Shown here piece after piece: positions 1 to 8,654 of a stretch of 62,375 nt of DNA. Made by a program: the position numbers and the translations under genes. Under the pieces are notes generated by a model. The model made no database searches. It worked only from the letters and a program-made list of their open reading frames with translations, and was not told the origin of the DNA. Source of the DNA: a bacterium. GTDB lineage: Bacteria; Patescibacteriota; Minisyncoccia; Phycocordibacterales; PALSA-1337. The stretch's first letter is position 1. Every line of letters begins with the position of its first letter. The DNA lies in NCBI GenBank assembly GCA_021782175.1, contig JAJXVL010000001.1:1-62375 (forward strand). The letters run 5' to 3'.

Positions 1-79
1 AGGACGGGATTTTCGCGTTGGACGATTTCGATCATGGCAAAACTCTAACATGTTTTGCGCCAGCTGTCATGAATTCTAT

Positions 80-590
80 AGTACCAGTGACGCATTGTTC
101 TTTTGAGACAAAACGAATCTGCCAGACCTTCACCGATTGTTTCGTCTCGACCTTCGGCTTCGGCTCAAAAGAATAATGTGTCACTGGTACTTGAGTTTGT
201 GCCCAGACCCTTAGCCCCATCAATAGTAGTTTCTCGGAGAGTAGTTGTACCCTTAGTGGGAACTCTACTTAGGCCGATTATTCGGCTGAAGGAATACATT
301 TGAGACTACTGATCCCGCTGGGAAGTTCCCACTAAGGGTACAGCTACTCTCCTAGTAATACAGTCTCTCAAAAACTCTATTGATGGGGCTTTGGTATTGG
401 ATTCACTGATTAGTAGTCCTGAAAGTCCTAGAAGCATTGGAGAGGGACTTCAATGTTCGGTCGAAAGGACCCTGCGAGCGCGACTGGCGCGAGCATAGAG
501 GAGATTCCCAGCAGGGAATTTCCGTGTCCTGGAGACCGAATATTGAAGTCCCATGATGCTTCTGGGGCTAAAGTAAGGATTGTGCCTGAT
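80..590. repeat. Mosaic nested-palindrome intergenic repeat cluster, locus L1. It contains a 28-bp hairpin (80-107/164-191), P arms near 213-240/364-390 enclosing Q arms 237-263/325-351, a G spacer at 391-425, and a D multi-helix module at 427-567.
   Basis: The arms were read directly from the sequence. Region 213-567 is the reverse complement of 32339-32682 with few differences. Confidence 0.85.
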
Positions 591-591
591 A

Positions 592-2523
592 TTACAACAA
601 TGATTCCGGATTGACCTTGATCGAAACTTCCGGCGGCAGGGAACGTAGTTTTGCCAGGAGCTCCGAGTCCGGCCAATGTTTGATCGGCACCTTGATGAGC
701 CCATGGATCGTCGAAGCCCCGCTCGCCGTCGCCGTGAAAGCCGGGAAGACATCTACTTCATGCGGCGTGAACAGAGCCTGGAGCTCGCCCATCTTCCGAG
801 CGATCACATCTTTGCGGCCCTCGATACTCACCTTGATGAGAACCGAGAAGGGTGGGTAGGCGAAGCGTTTGCGGCTCTCGATCACGCGATTGAAATAGTC
901 GCTCAAATTGCCCTTGAGACCGTACTCGAAGACTTTTTCCTCGGCGCGACGCGTCTGGACCAAGAAAACGCGGTTGGCAGCCGTACGCAATCTGGTCAGG
1001 AGATACATCAAGCGTTCTTCCAGGCGGAAATCCGGCAGAGTCAGCAGAGAATCGAGCGAAGCCACAGCGGCGTATTCGATCGGTGCATCTAGGCGTGTCA
1101 GTGCTGTTTCTGTGCCGACCAGGACCGAGCCCGGCTTGGCTCGCCAGTGATCCATGATGATCGAAGCTTGTTTGGTTGTTGTGGCGGAGTCAGCATCCAG
1201 TCGGAAGACTTCCAGCCCCGGGAAACGTTCGCGCAATTCTTCACGGACACGTTCCGTACCGATGCCGAGCGGGGATAGTCTAGGACCACCACAAACAGCA
1301 CAGACGATATCGGCGCTTTCCCGCGTGCCGCAAGTGTGGCACATGAAGAAATTGCGGCCGGTCTCCTTGGAGACATGTAGTACCAGCGGAGTAGCGCACT
1401 GCTTGCAAGCCACGGCCGTCTGGCAATCATCGCAGACCGTGATCGGCGACAAGCCGCGGCGAGCTGTCAGGATGAAAAGATGACTGTTCTCGGCTTGGGT
1501 ACGGCGGATGATTTCTTCGAGGGCGGGTGACAGGACACGGAAGGGTGTCTTGGTAGTGTGTTCAGCGCGATTGTGTGGATCTGGTCGGCGACGCATGTCG
1601 ATGAGCTCATCCGCGGCCATGGAAATAGAGCGCCATTTGAAGGGTGTGCCGCTGGTGATCTCATGCTCCTCTAGTCTCCAGAGCGTCTCAATCCGTAGAA
1701 GTGAATCTGCCAAGTAGACATTTTGTCTGGCCAAGCGGCCGATCCGCTCCAGCGCGCGGCGTGCGTCCAGATAAGGAGACTTGCTAGCCATCCAGCCGCG
1801 ACCGTTCTCTCGCTCAATAATGCGGCAACTGATATCGGCGCGGGGCAAGAGAACGAAGAGACCGGCGGTCACAATCACCGCCGGATGATCACAGTCAGCG
1901 ATGGCCGCCCAGGTTTCCAAAAGTTTTTTCTTGGGCAGGCCGGTATGAATGAAGAAGATGTATTTCTCAATGCCTTTTTGCAGATTGTCGAAGAGTTGGC
2001 GGGCATCCTCCATGGTTGGCGCGTGGAAGACTATGGATTGCCGCTTGGCGAATTCTTGCCGGATCAGACCGCGCCAGGCTGAGAAACGATCAGTGTCATC
2101 CCCCTGGATCGCAATCGTTTCATCAGCCAACGAAGCATTCTCCGCGAAGAAGCCACCTTGCCGTGGTAGAGGCGGGGCGATACGACCGCTCTGTTCTAGA
2201 ATGATTTCGGGGACCAGACTCCGGATAACCGTGCCAATATTTGTCGCGTAGAAATCGGCTAGTTCGCTGCAAGCAGCCATGAAAGCGGCCGGGAAAAAAG
2301 CGTTGGCTTTGACCTTGCCCAATTTGCGGATCTGATAGGGTGCGTCGCGCAGTTCAGCCTTGAGATCGGCCGCCGGTCGGCTCTCGGTGACAATGGCCGG
2401 GATATTCTTCTTGCGCAAAGGCACGCTGACAATAGCCCCTACCGGAGCTTCGGCTGCCGTGAAATAGGACAAGGTTGAGGAAACCTTGGAACGCGTGAGG
2501 GGGATAACGGTGATGATATTCAC
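592..2523 (-). CDS. priA: Primosomal protein N' (PriA)-like, with degenerate helicase motifs
   Basis: 643 aa with a GTG start. It has the PriA-type Cys-rich zinc region (CDDCQTAVACKQC...CHTCG...CAVCG) and PriA-like overall length and order. No GxGKT Walker A and no DEEH motif are visible. Confidence 0.7.
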   Translation of the reverse strand: MNIITVIPLTRSKVSSTLSYFTAAEAPVGAIVSVPLRKKNIPAIVTESRPAADLKAELRDAPYQIRKLGKVKANAFFPAAFMAACSELADFYATNIGTVIRSLVPEIILEQSGRIAPPLPRQGGFFAENASLADETIAIQGDDTDRFSAWRGLIRQEFAKRQSIVFHAPTMEDARQLFDNLQKGIEKYIFFIHTGLPKKKLLETWAAIADCDHPAVIVTAGLFVLLPRADISCRIIERENGRGWMASKSPYLDARRALERIGRLARQNVYLADSLLRIETLWRLEEHEITSGTPFKWRSISMAADELIDMRRRPDPHNRAEHTTKTPFRVLSPALEEIIRRTQAENSHLFILTARRGLSPITVCDDCQTAVACKQCATPLVLHVSKETGRNFFMCHTCGTRESADIVCAVCGGPRLSPLGIGTERVREELRERFPGLEVFRLDADSATTTKQASIIMDHWRAKPGSVLVGTETALTRLDAPIEYAAVASLDSLLTLPDFRLEERLMYLLTRLRTAANRVFLVQTRRAEEKVFEYGLKGNLSDYFNRVIESRKRFAYPPFSVLIKVSIEGRKDVIARKMGELQALFTPHEVDVFPAFTATASGASTIHGLIKVPIKHWPDSELLAKLRSLPPEVSIKVNPESLL

Positions 2524-2542
2524 GGCTTAGTTATACAACATC

Positions 2543-4066
2543 CTATAGATCTCGGAAAGTTTCGATCTTGGCGCCGATTTTGTTGAGACGAGCCGCCAGA
2601 TCTTCATAGCCGCGGTTGATATTGTAGACATTGCGCAGGACAGACACGCCCGGCGCGGCCATCATGGCGAGCATGATGATGACTGAGGGGCGCAGAGCCG
2701 GCGGGCAGACCATTTCGGCGGCCTTGAGCTTGGCTGGTCCTTTGATATAGAAGCGGTGCGGATCGGCCAGGATGGACTCCGTGCCGAGCTTGTCCAATTC
2801 CTTGTAATAAATAGCTCTTTCTTCGAAGGTCCAATCATGGATGAAGGTTTCACCGGTGGCAAAGGCGCCGATCAGAGCAAAGAAGGGCAAGTTGTCCATA
2901 TTGATGCCCGGGAAGGGCAGGGCGTGGATTTTCTCATCCAAGGCTATGAGCTCAGACGGAGCTGTTTCAAGATCTACCAGATTGACGCGACCGTTCTGTC
3001 CCTTGTAGTGGCGCAAAATTTTGTATTTGAAGCCCATTTTGCTGAGCTTCAAAAGTTCTAATTCTAGGAAATCGATAGCACAACCCTCAATAGTGATAGC
3101 TGAGCCAGTGGCGATAGCGGCGGCGATGAGAGACATGGCTTCGATCGGATCTTCACCAACTGCGTAAGTGACATCAGTGTTGATTTCTTTGACTCCATGC
3201 ACAACCATAGTCGCCGTGCCGATACCATCTATCTGCACGCCAAGTTGCTCGAGATAAAAACAGACATCCTGTACCTGATAATTGGCGGAAGCAAATTTGA
3301 GGGTAGTTTTCCCGGGGATGAGCGCCGCCGCCATGAGCACGGTTTCCGTGACGGTATCGCCGGCTTCATAGAGTACAATTTCGCGATTGGCTTTGAGACC
3401 GGTATGTGAGACCTCATAATGGTTGGTCGTGGTTTCGATGGAAACACCCAGATCTTCTAGAGCATACAGATAGGGCTTCACGGTGCGCGAACCGAGTCGG
3501 CAACCACTCGGATGATTGACCTTGAACTTCCTCAGATGATGGATCAAGGGACCCATGAGCATGATTTCGCTCCGGGTCCGGGCTTGGGAGAAGTAGCGGG
3601 GATCGGAGAGATCGAACTTGGCCGGCGGGGTGATGAGCAGATCGTCGCCCCGCCACTCGCATTTGACGCCGATTGATTCCAAAACCTCGATGATCCGGTA
3701 GACTTCTTCGATTCGTGGCGCGTTCGCTATGGTAGTGCGGCCTTTGTTGAGTAGCGCGGCGATCATTACGCCCAGAGTGCCATTCTTGGACGAGCGCACG
3801 GCGATGCGACCTTTGAGCTTGTGACCACCCTCAATGCGGAAGTTGATGGTGCCGCCCTTGGAGAGACTGACAATCTCGTGATCGAGGGCGCTGCTGATCC
3901 GAGCTAGCGTCTTGGTCGAGAGATTTTGTTCGCCTTTCTCGATGCGGGCGATAACACTCTGGGTGGTGCCGACTTTGCGCGCGAGGGCAGCCTGAGTCAA
4001 GCCGCGATCTTCACGCAAGCGGGCAATGAGGGAACCGATATGGCTCAAAGAAGGATTTTTCTTCAT
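2543..4066 (-). CDS. murA: XRE-type helix-turn-helix domain fused to UDP-N-acetylglucosamine 1-carboxyvinyltransferase (MurA)
   Basis: 507 aa. The N-terminal ~65 aa (LTQAALARKVGTTQSVIARIEKGEQNLS) look like an XRE HTH. The rest aligns with MurA/EPSP-synthase-fold enzymes and includes an active-site-like PSGCRLGSRTV segment. Confidence 0.8.
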   Translation of the reverse strand: MKKNPSLSHIGSLIARLREDRGLTQAALARKVGTTQSVIARIEKGEQNLSTKTLARISSALDHEIVSLSKGGTINFRIEGGHKLKGRIAVRSSKNGTLGVMIAALLNKGRTTIANAPRIEEVYRIIEVLESIGVKCEWRGDDLLITPPAKFDLSDPRYFSQARTRSEIMLMGPLIHHLRKFKVNHPSGCRLGSRTVKPYLYALEDLGVSIETTTNHYEVSHTGLKANREIVLYEAGDTVTETVLMAAALIPGKTTLKFASANYQVQDVCFYLEQLGVQIDGIGTATMVVHGVKEINTDVTYAVGEDPIEAMSLIAAAIATGSAITIEGCAIDFLELELLKLSKMGFKYKILRHYKGQNGRVNLVDLETAPSELIALDEKIHALPFPGINMDNLPFFALIGAFATGETFIHDWTFEERAIYYKELDKLGTESILADPHRFYIKGPAKLKAAEMVCPPALRPSVIIMLAMMAAPGVSVLRNVYNINRGYEDLAARLNKIGAKIETFRDL

Positions 4067-4122
4067 AGGTCACAAAATAAGTCAAAGCTTGGATTAGGGT
4101 AATAAGGTAAGCTTTGCGGAGT

Positions 4123-4144
4123 ATTATAGCATATATGCTATAAT
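4123..4144. promoter_or_regulatory. Perfect 22-bp palindrome ATTATAGCATATATGCTATAAT containing TGcTATAAT extended -10 hexamers on both strands; candidate promoter/operator for the HTH-murA gene
   Basis: The palindrome was verified by hand. On the minus strand the TATAAT lies ~57 nt upstream of the murA ATG at 4066. Confidence 0.5.
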
Positions 4145-4197
4145 TTTTATACAAGATCTGTAAAAGGTAGAGTTTTGCATTCGTTAAAAAATACTTC

Positions 4198-5451
4198 CTA
4201 TAGAGCCTTTCTAAATATGACTATGTGTGCATCGTTTGGATCTATTTTTTGTATAGCCTCCCTAATTTCCTCGATCCTGATTGAATCAATAGAGTTCAAA
4301 TACTCTTCGTCGCTATACGCAATACCAGTATTGATCACTCTCTGTACAGTGTAGCTTCTATGCTTATCTGGATCTATTGGTCGTATATCGAACGATCCAC
4401 GAAGTCCTGCTTTTACTGTATTCAATCTATCTTCAGAGATGATCTCTGGATTTTGTATTAGATCTTTTATTGCAGATATGGTTGCGTTCATGTCTTCCGG
4501 GCGCGTCTCAGCATAAAACCCCCAATAGCCACCACCGGGAACCTCGTTTGCTATTATTTCTGCAGAATAGACCAACTTCCTTTCTTCGCGAAGTACTTTA
4601 TACAAAGGTGAATCCAAGCCGCCAAATCCAAAAATATGTTCCACCAAGCTCCTGCGAAATCTCTCTTTTAAAGACATTTTATCGGCTATAGGAAAAAGTA
4701 CTAATACAATGGACAACTCGTGTTCGGTCTTTATTGATGTTACTACACCGCGTTGCCACACGGGAAGCACACCGTAACTCGCGGCAGAGTGTCTCGGAGA
4801 CAAACCTCGTTTCTGGATGAGTGGTACCAGTGTATCCAATTCTGATAGTAGTTTCTTTTCGTCCAGGTTTCCGCTCACAAACAAGGCACACCGTGAACGA
4901 TCATAATTGTATTCCTGGGCCTTGCGTAGAATGCTCGGATTCATTGACGCTAATGATTTTTCATTACCGAGCACTGGATGGCCAAAAGGGTGCCCTTTCC
5001 AAATTATCCCAGGTAATTCATAAGTTACAAAACTCCTCAGTGAAGCTTTTTTTCTAGTGATTTCTTGGAGGATTATATCGCGTTCGGCATAGATGGCAGT
5101 ATCAGTCATCAATGGCTGTGCCATCAAATCTGTTATAGTGGATAGCGCTTCACGCCATATGCTCACTGGTACATGTGCATGATATGTTGTCGCATGTGTA
5201 GAAGTATACGCGCCCACACTTCCTCCGTGTCTAGATATATAGCCTTTTGTATCTGTGTATCCACCAGGATATTTGGATGTTCCACGGAATGGCACATGCT
5301 CAAACCAGTGATAGAGTCCCGGCGATCCTACACTCTCATCATCAGCACTACCCACGAACATAGTCCAGCTCATGCTGACTGAACGTACATCTGGAAGATG
5401 CTCAAAATATACTGTGATTCCAGACGATCCTTCGATTTTTTTGAATTTCAT
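4198..5451 (-). CDS. M16-family zinc metallopeptidase (pitrilysin/insulinase-like)
   Basis: It carries the inverted zinc motif HxxEH (HWFEH) near the N-terminus within a ~417-aa ORF. The start was trimmed to MKFKKIEG. The gene is visibly AT-rich relative to its neighbours. Confidence 0.75.
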   Translation of the reverse strand: MKFKKIEGSSGITVYFEHLPDVRSVSMSWTMFVGSADDESVGSPGLYHWFEHVPFRGTSKYPGGYTDTKGYISRHGGSVGAYTSTHATTYHAHVPVSIWREALSTITDLMAQPLMTDTAIYAERDIILQEITRKKASLRSFVTYELPGIIWKGHPFGHPVLGNEKSLASMNPSILRKAQEYNYDRSRCALFVSGNLDEKKLLSELDTLVPLIQKRGLSPRHSAASYGVLPVWQRGVVTSIKTEHELSIVLVLFPIADKMSLKERFRRSLVEHIFGFGGLDSPLYKVLREERKLVYSAEIIANEVPGGGYWGFYAETRPEDMNATISAIKDLIQNPEIISEDRLNTVKAGLRGSFDIRPIDPDKHRSYTVQRVINTGIAYSDEEYLNSIDSIRIEEIREAIQKIDPNDAHIVIFRKAL

Positions 5452-6020
5452 TTTATAAAAATAGGGCATCTGCAAAGACGCCCTGAACTGACATTGTTTG
5501 GTTAGCGCCCTTCCCCGGTGCTTCCGTCTCCGTTGCCGGAGGAATCGGAATCACCTTCGTAGGACGGACAACCCGTATCGTCGCTTTCGCTGCTTTCGCG
5601 AGACATGGCGAATTCGTGATTGAGGTTAGAATGTGCTCTGCTGTGTCCGTATTAGGCAAACGGATGCCGTCAACCATCCACAGTGTGTGGATGAAAATCA
5701 CCTTTCCGGACGATCTTCGGATACAACCGTTTCATCCCAGTAATCACCTGGAATGTCAGGCTCTTTTACTATACTACTCATATTTTTCCTTTGTTTTAGC
5801 AGACATGCATCATAATGTCTGCTACAGTGTGCGACCATCCATTATTAGATGGTAGCACCGGTTCCACAGATAGCATACATTTGTAATAAAAAATGTCAAT
5901 ATACAAGCTTATGTCATTACCGAGCCTGATTCGTTCGATATTTGACAGGTTGGGATTGGAAAGTTCCGACTAGGATGACTCGTTTGCGGTTCGGCCTCTT
6001 TGTGCTAAAGTCAGCCTGTT

Positions 6021-7034
6021 ATGAGTATTTTCTCGTCGAAACTAGGTATCGATCTAGGTACGGCCAATACGCTAGTTTTCATGCCGGGCAAGGACATTGT
6101 TCTCAATGAGCCCTCAGTGGTGGCTGTCTCCGAGGCTGACAAGCGGGTTTTGGCGGTCGGTAACGATGCCAAGGAGATGGTCGGACGCACGCCGGATTCG
6201 ATCGTGGCTTATCGGCCGATGAAGGATGGCGTCATCGCCGACTATCGCGTGACGGAGGCTATGCTGCGCTATTTCATCAACAAAGCTCTGGGTCGTTTCA
6301 ATATCTGGAAGCCGGATGTGATGATCTCGGTACCAGCCTCGGTCTCTTCGACTGAGCGCCGCGCCGTGATCGAGGCCGCCATCCGCGCCGGCGCCAAGAA
6401 TGCCTATGTAGTCAAAGAGCCGATCTTGGCGGCTATCGGTGCCGGTATTCCGATCCAAGAAGCTCGTGGTCACATGGTCATCGATATTGGCGGCGGTACG
6501 ACTGATGTGGCGGTCATTTCTCTCGGTGGCATCGTTTCCTCTACCTCAGTCAAATGTGCCGGCAACAAGCTCGACGCGGCCATTGCCGACTATGTCAAGA
6601 AAACTTTCAATCTAGCGATCGGTGATCATATGTCGGAAATCATCAAGATTCAGATCGGTTCAGCTATCCCGCTCGATACTGAGCTGTCGATGACTGTTAA
6701 AGGTCGCGATTTCATCTCGGGCTTGCCGCGTTCAACGGAAATCAAGACCAATGAGATTGTCAAAGCTCTGGCCGCGCCGCTCAGAGATATGGTCAAGGCT
6801 GTGAAGGATGTTCTCCAGGACACGCCTCCAGAATTGGCTGCGGATATCATCGATCAGGGCATCATTATGACCGGCGGCTCCTCGCTCCTGCGCAATTTGC
6901 CGGAATTGATCTTCCGTCGCACTGGCGTCAAAGCGCGCTTGGCTGATGAGCCGCTCCTATGCGTGGCCAAGGGTACCGGCATCGCTCTCGAACATTTGGA
7001 TACTTACAAGAAAGCCATCGTCGCCAAGCGCTAG
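6021..7034 (+). CDS. mreB: Rod-shape determining protein MreB (paralog 1)
   Basis: 337 aa with actin-fold motifs GIDLGTANT, DIGGGTTD and MTGGSSLL. Confidence 0.9.
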   Translation: MSIFSSKLGIDLGTANTLVFMPGKDIVLNEPSVVAVSEADKRVLAVGNDAKEMVGRTPDSIVAYRPMKDGVIADYRVTEAMLRYFINKALGRFNIWKPDVMISVPASVSSTERRAVIEAAIRAGAKNAYVVKEPILAAIGAGIPIQEARGHMVIDIGGGTTDVAVISLGGIVSSTSVKCAGNKLDAAIADYVKKTFNLAIGDHMSEIIKIQIGSAIPLDTELSMTVKGRDFISGLPRSTEIKTNEIVKALAAPLRDMVKAVKDVLQDTPPELAADIIDQGIIMTGGSSLLRNLPELIFRRTGVKARLADEPLLCVAKGTGIALEHLDTYKKAIVAKR

Positions 7035-7398
7035 TTTCCTGATCCGGCACAGAGTCTTGACAGATCAAAATAACAGAGTAGTATCTCTGACTATCGTTGA
7101 TCTTAGACAGCTTGGATTGTCCCCACCTAGGTTCGTCCCTGGCACACCCTCCCGTTCTAGAATGTCGGTATTCGACCACTGATGTTCGTCTGAACGCCCG
7201 CGGCAATACAGGCTCGAAAATAAAAATAGGGGATTTTGATCTCTGCTGACTTTGATTGAGGATCCGCGCAAGCGGCTGGGCCCTTGGTAGTAATACCCGG
7301 GGCCCTTTATCTTTGTCTAAATCTTATTTAAATGCGATCAAGATTTGAAGTAGCATTTCTCGCTAGCTCTTGAGAAAGCTTGCTTGTACAATGTGTGC

Positions 7399-8079
7399 AT
7401 GACTCTCGCTGATTTCCTCCAAGGTTCCAATCACCACGCTTATGGTCTCATCGGTGGGGGAGCTTTGCATGATGAACTATTGGCTTATCTGGAGCGCAAG
7501 ACCGGTTTCAAACTTCAAGGCAATCCGGATTTCATCGATCGTGTCTACGATAGTTTCACCATCGATGATGCTCGCGAGCTCAAGACCGCGGCTGGTCTCA
7601 AGGCTGTGTCGGCGACCAACAGAAAGATTTTTGTCTTGAAGATCACTGGTCTGACCAACGAAGCACAAAATGCCTTACTCAAAATCCTGGAAGAACCACC
7701 GGCGGGTACGCAATTCTTCCTGATCGTGCCGTCGCTGGCGCAACTCTTGCCAACCGTACGCTCGCGTTTGAGTCTGTTTGCTCCGGCTTTGCCAGAGAAA
7801 GGTGGCGGGGAAACTGCCAAACAGGCCGCGGCTTTCCTGAAGTTGTCCGTGGCGGCCCGACTCGAGGCAGTCAAGAAACTGATGGAAGAAATTGCCAAAG
7901 AGAAAAAGAGCAAGCAGGACGCCCTCGATTTCTTGGAGGCCTTGGAGTATGAAATCTACGAACGAGGTCCGAGCAAGCAAAAAGAAAAACTCGAGGCTGT
8001 AGAAATTGCTCGTAAGTACGCCCGAGACCGCTCACCATCTCTCAAGATGCTTCTCGAATATGTCGCTATGAGCCTCTGA
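7399..8079 (+). CDS. holB: DNA polymerase III delta'-like clamp-loader subunit (short form)
   Basis: It has the KILEEPP...FFLIV and SRL (sensor) motifs typical of the delta'/gamma family, but is only ~226 aa. Confidence 0.6.
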   Translation: MTLADFLQGSNHHAYGLIGGGALHDELLAYLERKTGFKLQGNPDFIDRVYDSFTIDDARELKTAAGLKAVSATNRKIFVLKITGLTNEAQNALLKILEEPPAGTQFFLIVPSLAQLLPTVRSRLSLFAPALPEKGGGETAKQAAAFLKLSVAARLEAVKKLMEEIAKEKKSKQDALDFLEALEYEIYERGPSKQKEKLEAVEIARKYARDRSPSLKMLLEYVAMSL

Positions 8080-8102
8080 GATTCATGCTATAATGCCCGC
8101 AT

Positions 8103-8654
8103 ATGGCATACGACTTCAATCATTTCAAGAAAAACATTACCAGCGCTGAGGATTGGCTCAAACAGGAATTGCAGCAGATCAGGACTGGCCAGGCTTCGCC
8201 GGCTCTGCTCGATGGGGTGCGCGTAGAGTCCTATGGGGCTCTCGTGCCACTCAAGGAAGTAGCCAGTGTGACTATCGAGGGGGCTCGCACTCTGCGTGTC
8301 TCGCCTTGGGACAAGAGTCAGATCAAGGATATCGATAAGGCTATTACGGTGGCCAATCTCGGTTTGGCCGTCGCCACTGATGATCAGGGTCTCCGCGTCA
8401 ATTTCCCGGAACTGACTTCTGATCGCCGCAAAGACTTCGTCAAGCTGGCCAAGGACAAGCTCGAGGACGCCAAACGCCATCTGCGCGGTCATCGCGACCA
8501 AGTCATCAAGGATCTCCAGGAAAAGGAGAAAGCCGGCGGTTATGGCAAAGACGAAATCTTCCGTCTCAAGGGTGAAGCCCAAAAAATGATTGACGAAGGC
8601 AACAAGCGTCTAGAAGATCTGTTCACCAAGAAAGAGCGAGAAATCCAAAGCTGA
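8103..8654 (+). CDS. frr: Ribosome recycling factor
   Basis: 183 aa, RRF-like throughout (LRTGQASPALLDGVRVESYG...). Its TGA stop overlaps the next gene's ATG. Confidence 0.92.
   Translation: MAYDFNHFKKNITSAEDWLKQELQQIRTGQASPALLDGVRVESYGALVPLKEVASVTIEGARTLRVSPWDKSQIKDIDKAITVANLGLAVATDDQGLRVNFPELTSDRRKDFVKLAKDKLEDAKRHLRGHRDQVIKDLQEKEKAGGYGKDEIFRLKGEAQKMIDEGNKRLEDLFTKKEREIQS

Noticed and set aside
103-303. Small ORFs inside the repeat clusters (103-303, 11260-11493, 24823-25107, 27716-27931).
   Set aside because: The same repeat modules occur in both orientations and in different frames at other loci, so no reading frame is conserved between copies. They are by-products of the palindromic repeats.
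7118-7150. A tRNA/tmRNA-like GGTTCG T-loop-like string in the mreB-holB spacer.
   Set aside because: The flanking bases do not form a T-stem, no acceptor stem or CCA-type end could be drawn, and the surrounding sequence does not give a cloverleaf.
8088-8582. Long antisense ORFs opposite well-supported genes: 8088-8582 vs frr, 9887-10591 vs proS, 16051-16575 vs valS, 37190-37747, 40870-41508 vs scpA, 45113-45736 vs dnaK, 55193-55966 vs udg and 56506-57246 vs the ATP-cone gene.
   Set aside because: Each lies entirely inside a gene with strong family motifs on the other strand. Each also has a low-complexity or Arg/Ser/Leu-rich translation typical of shadow ORFs. None has an independent start or SD signal.
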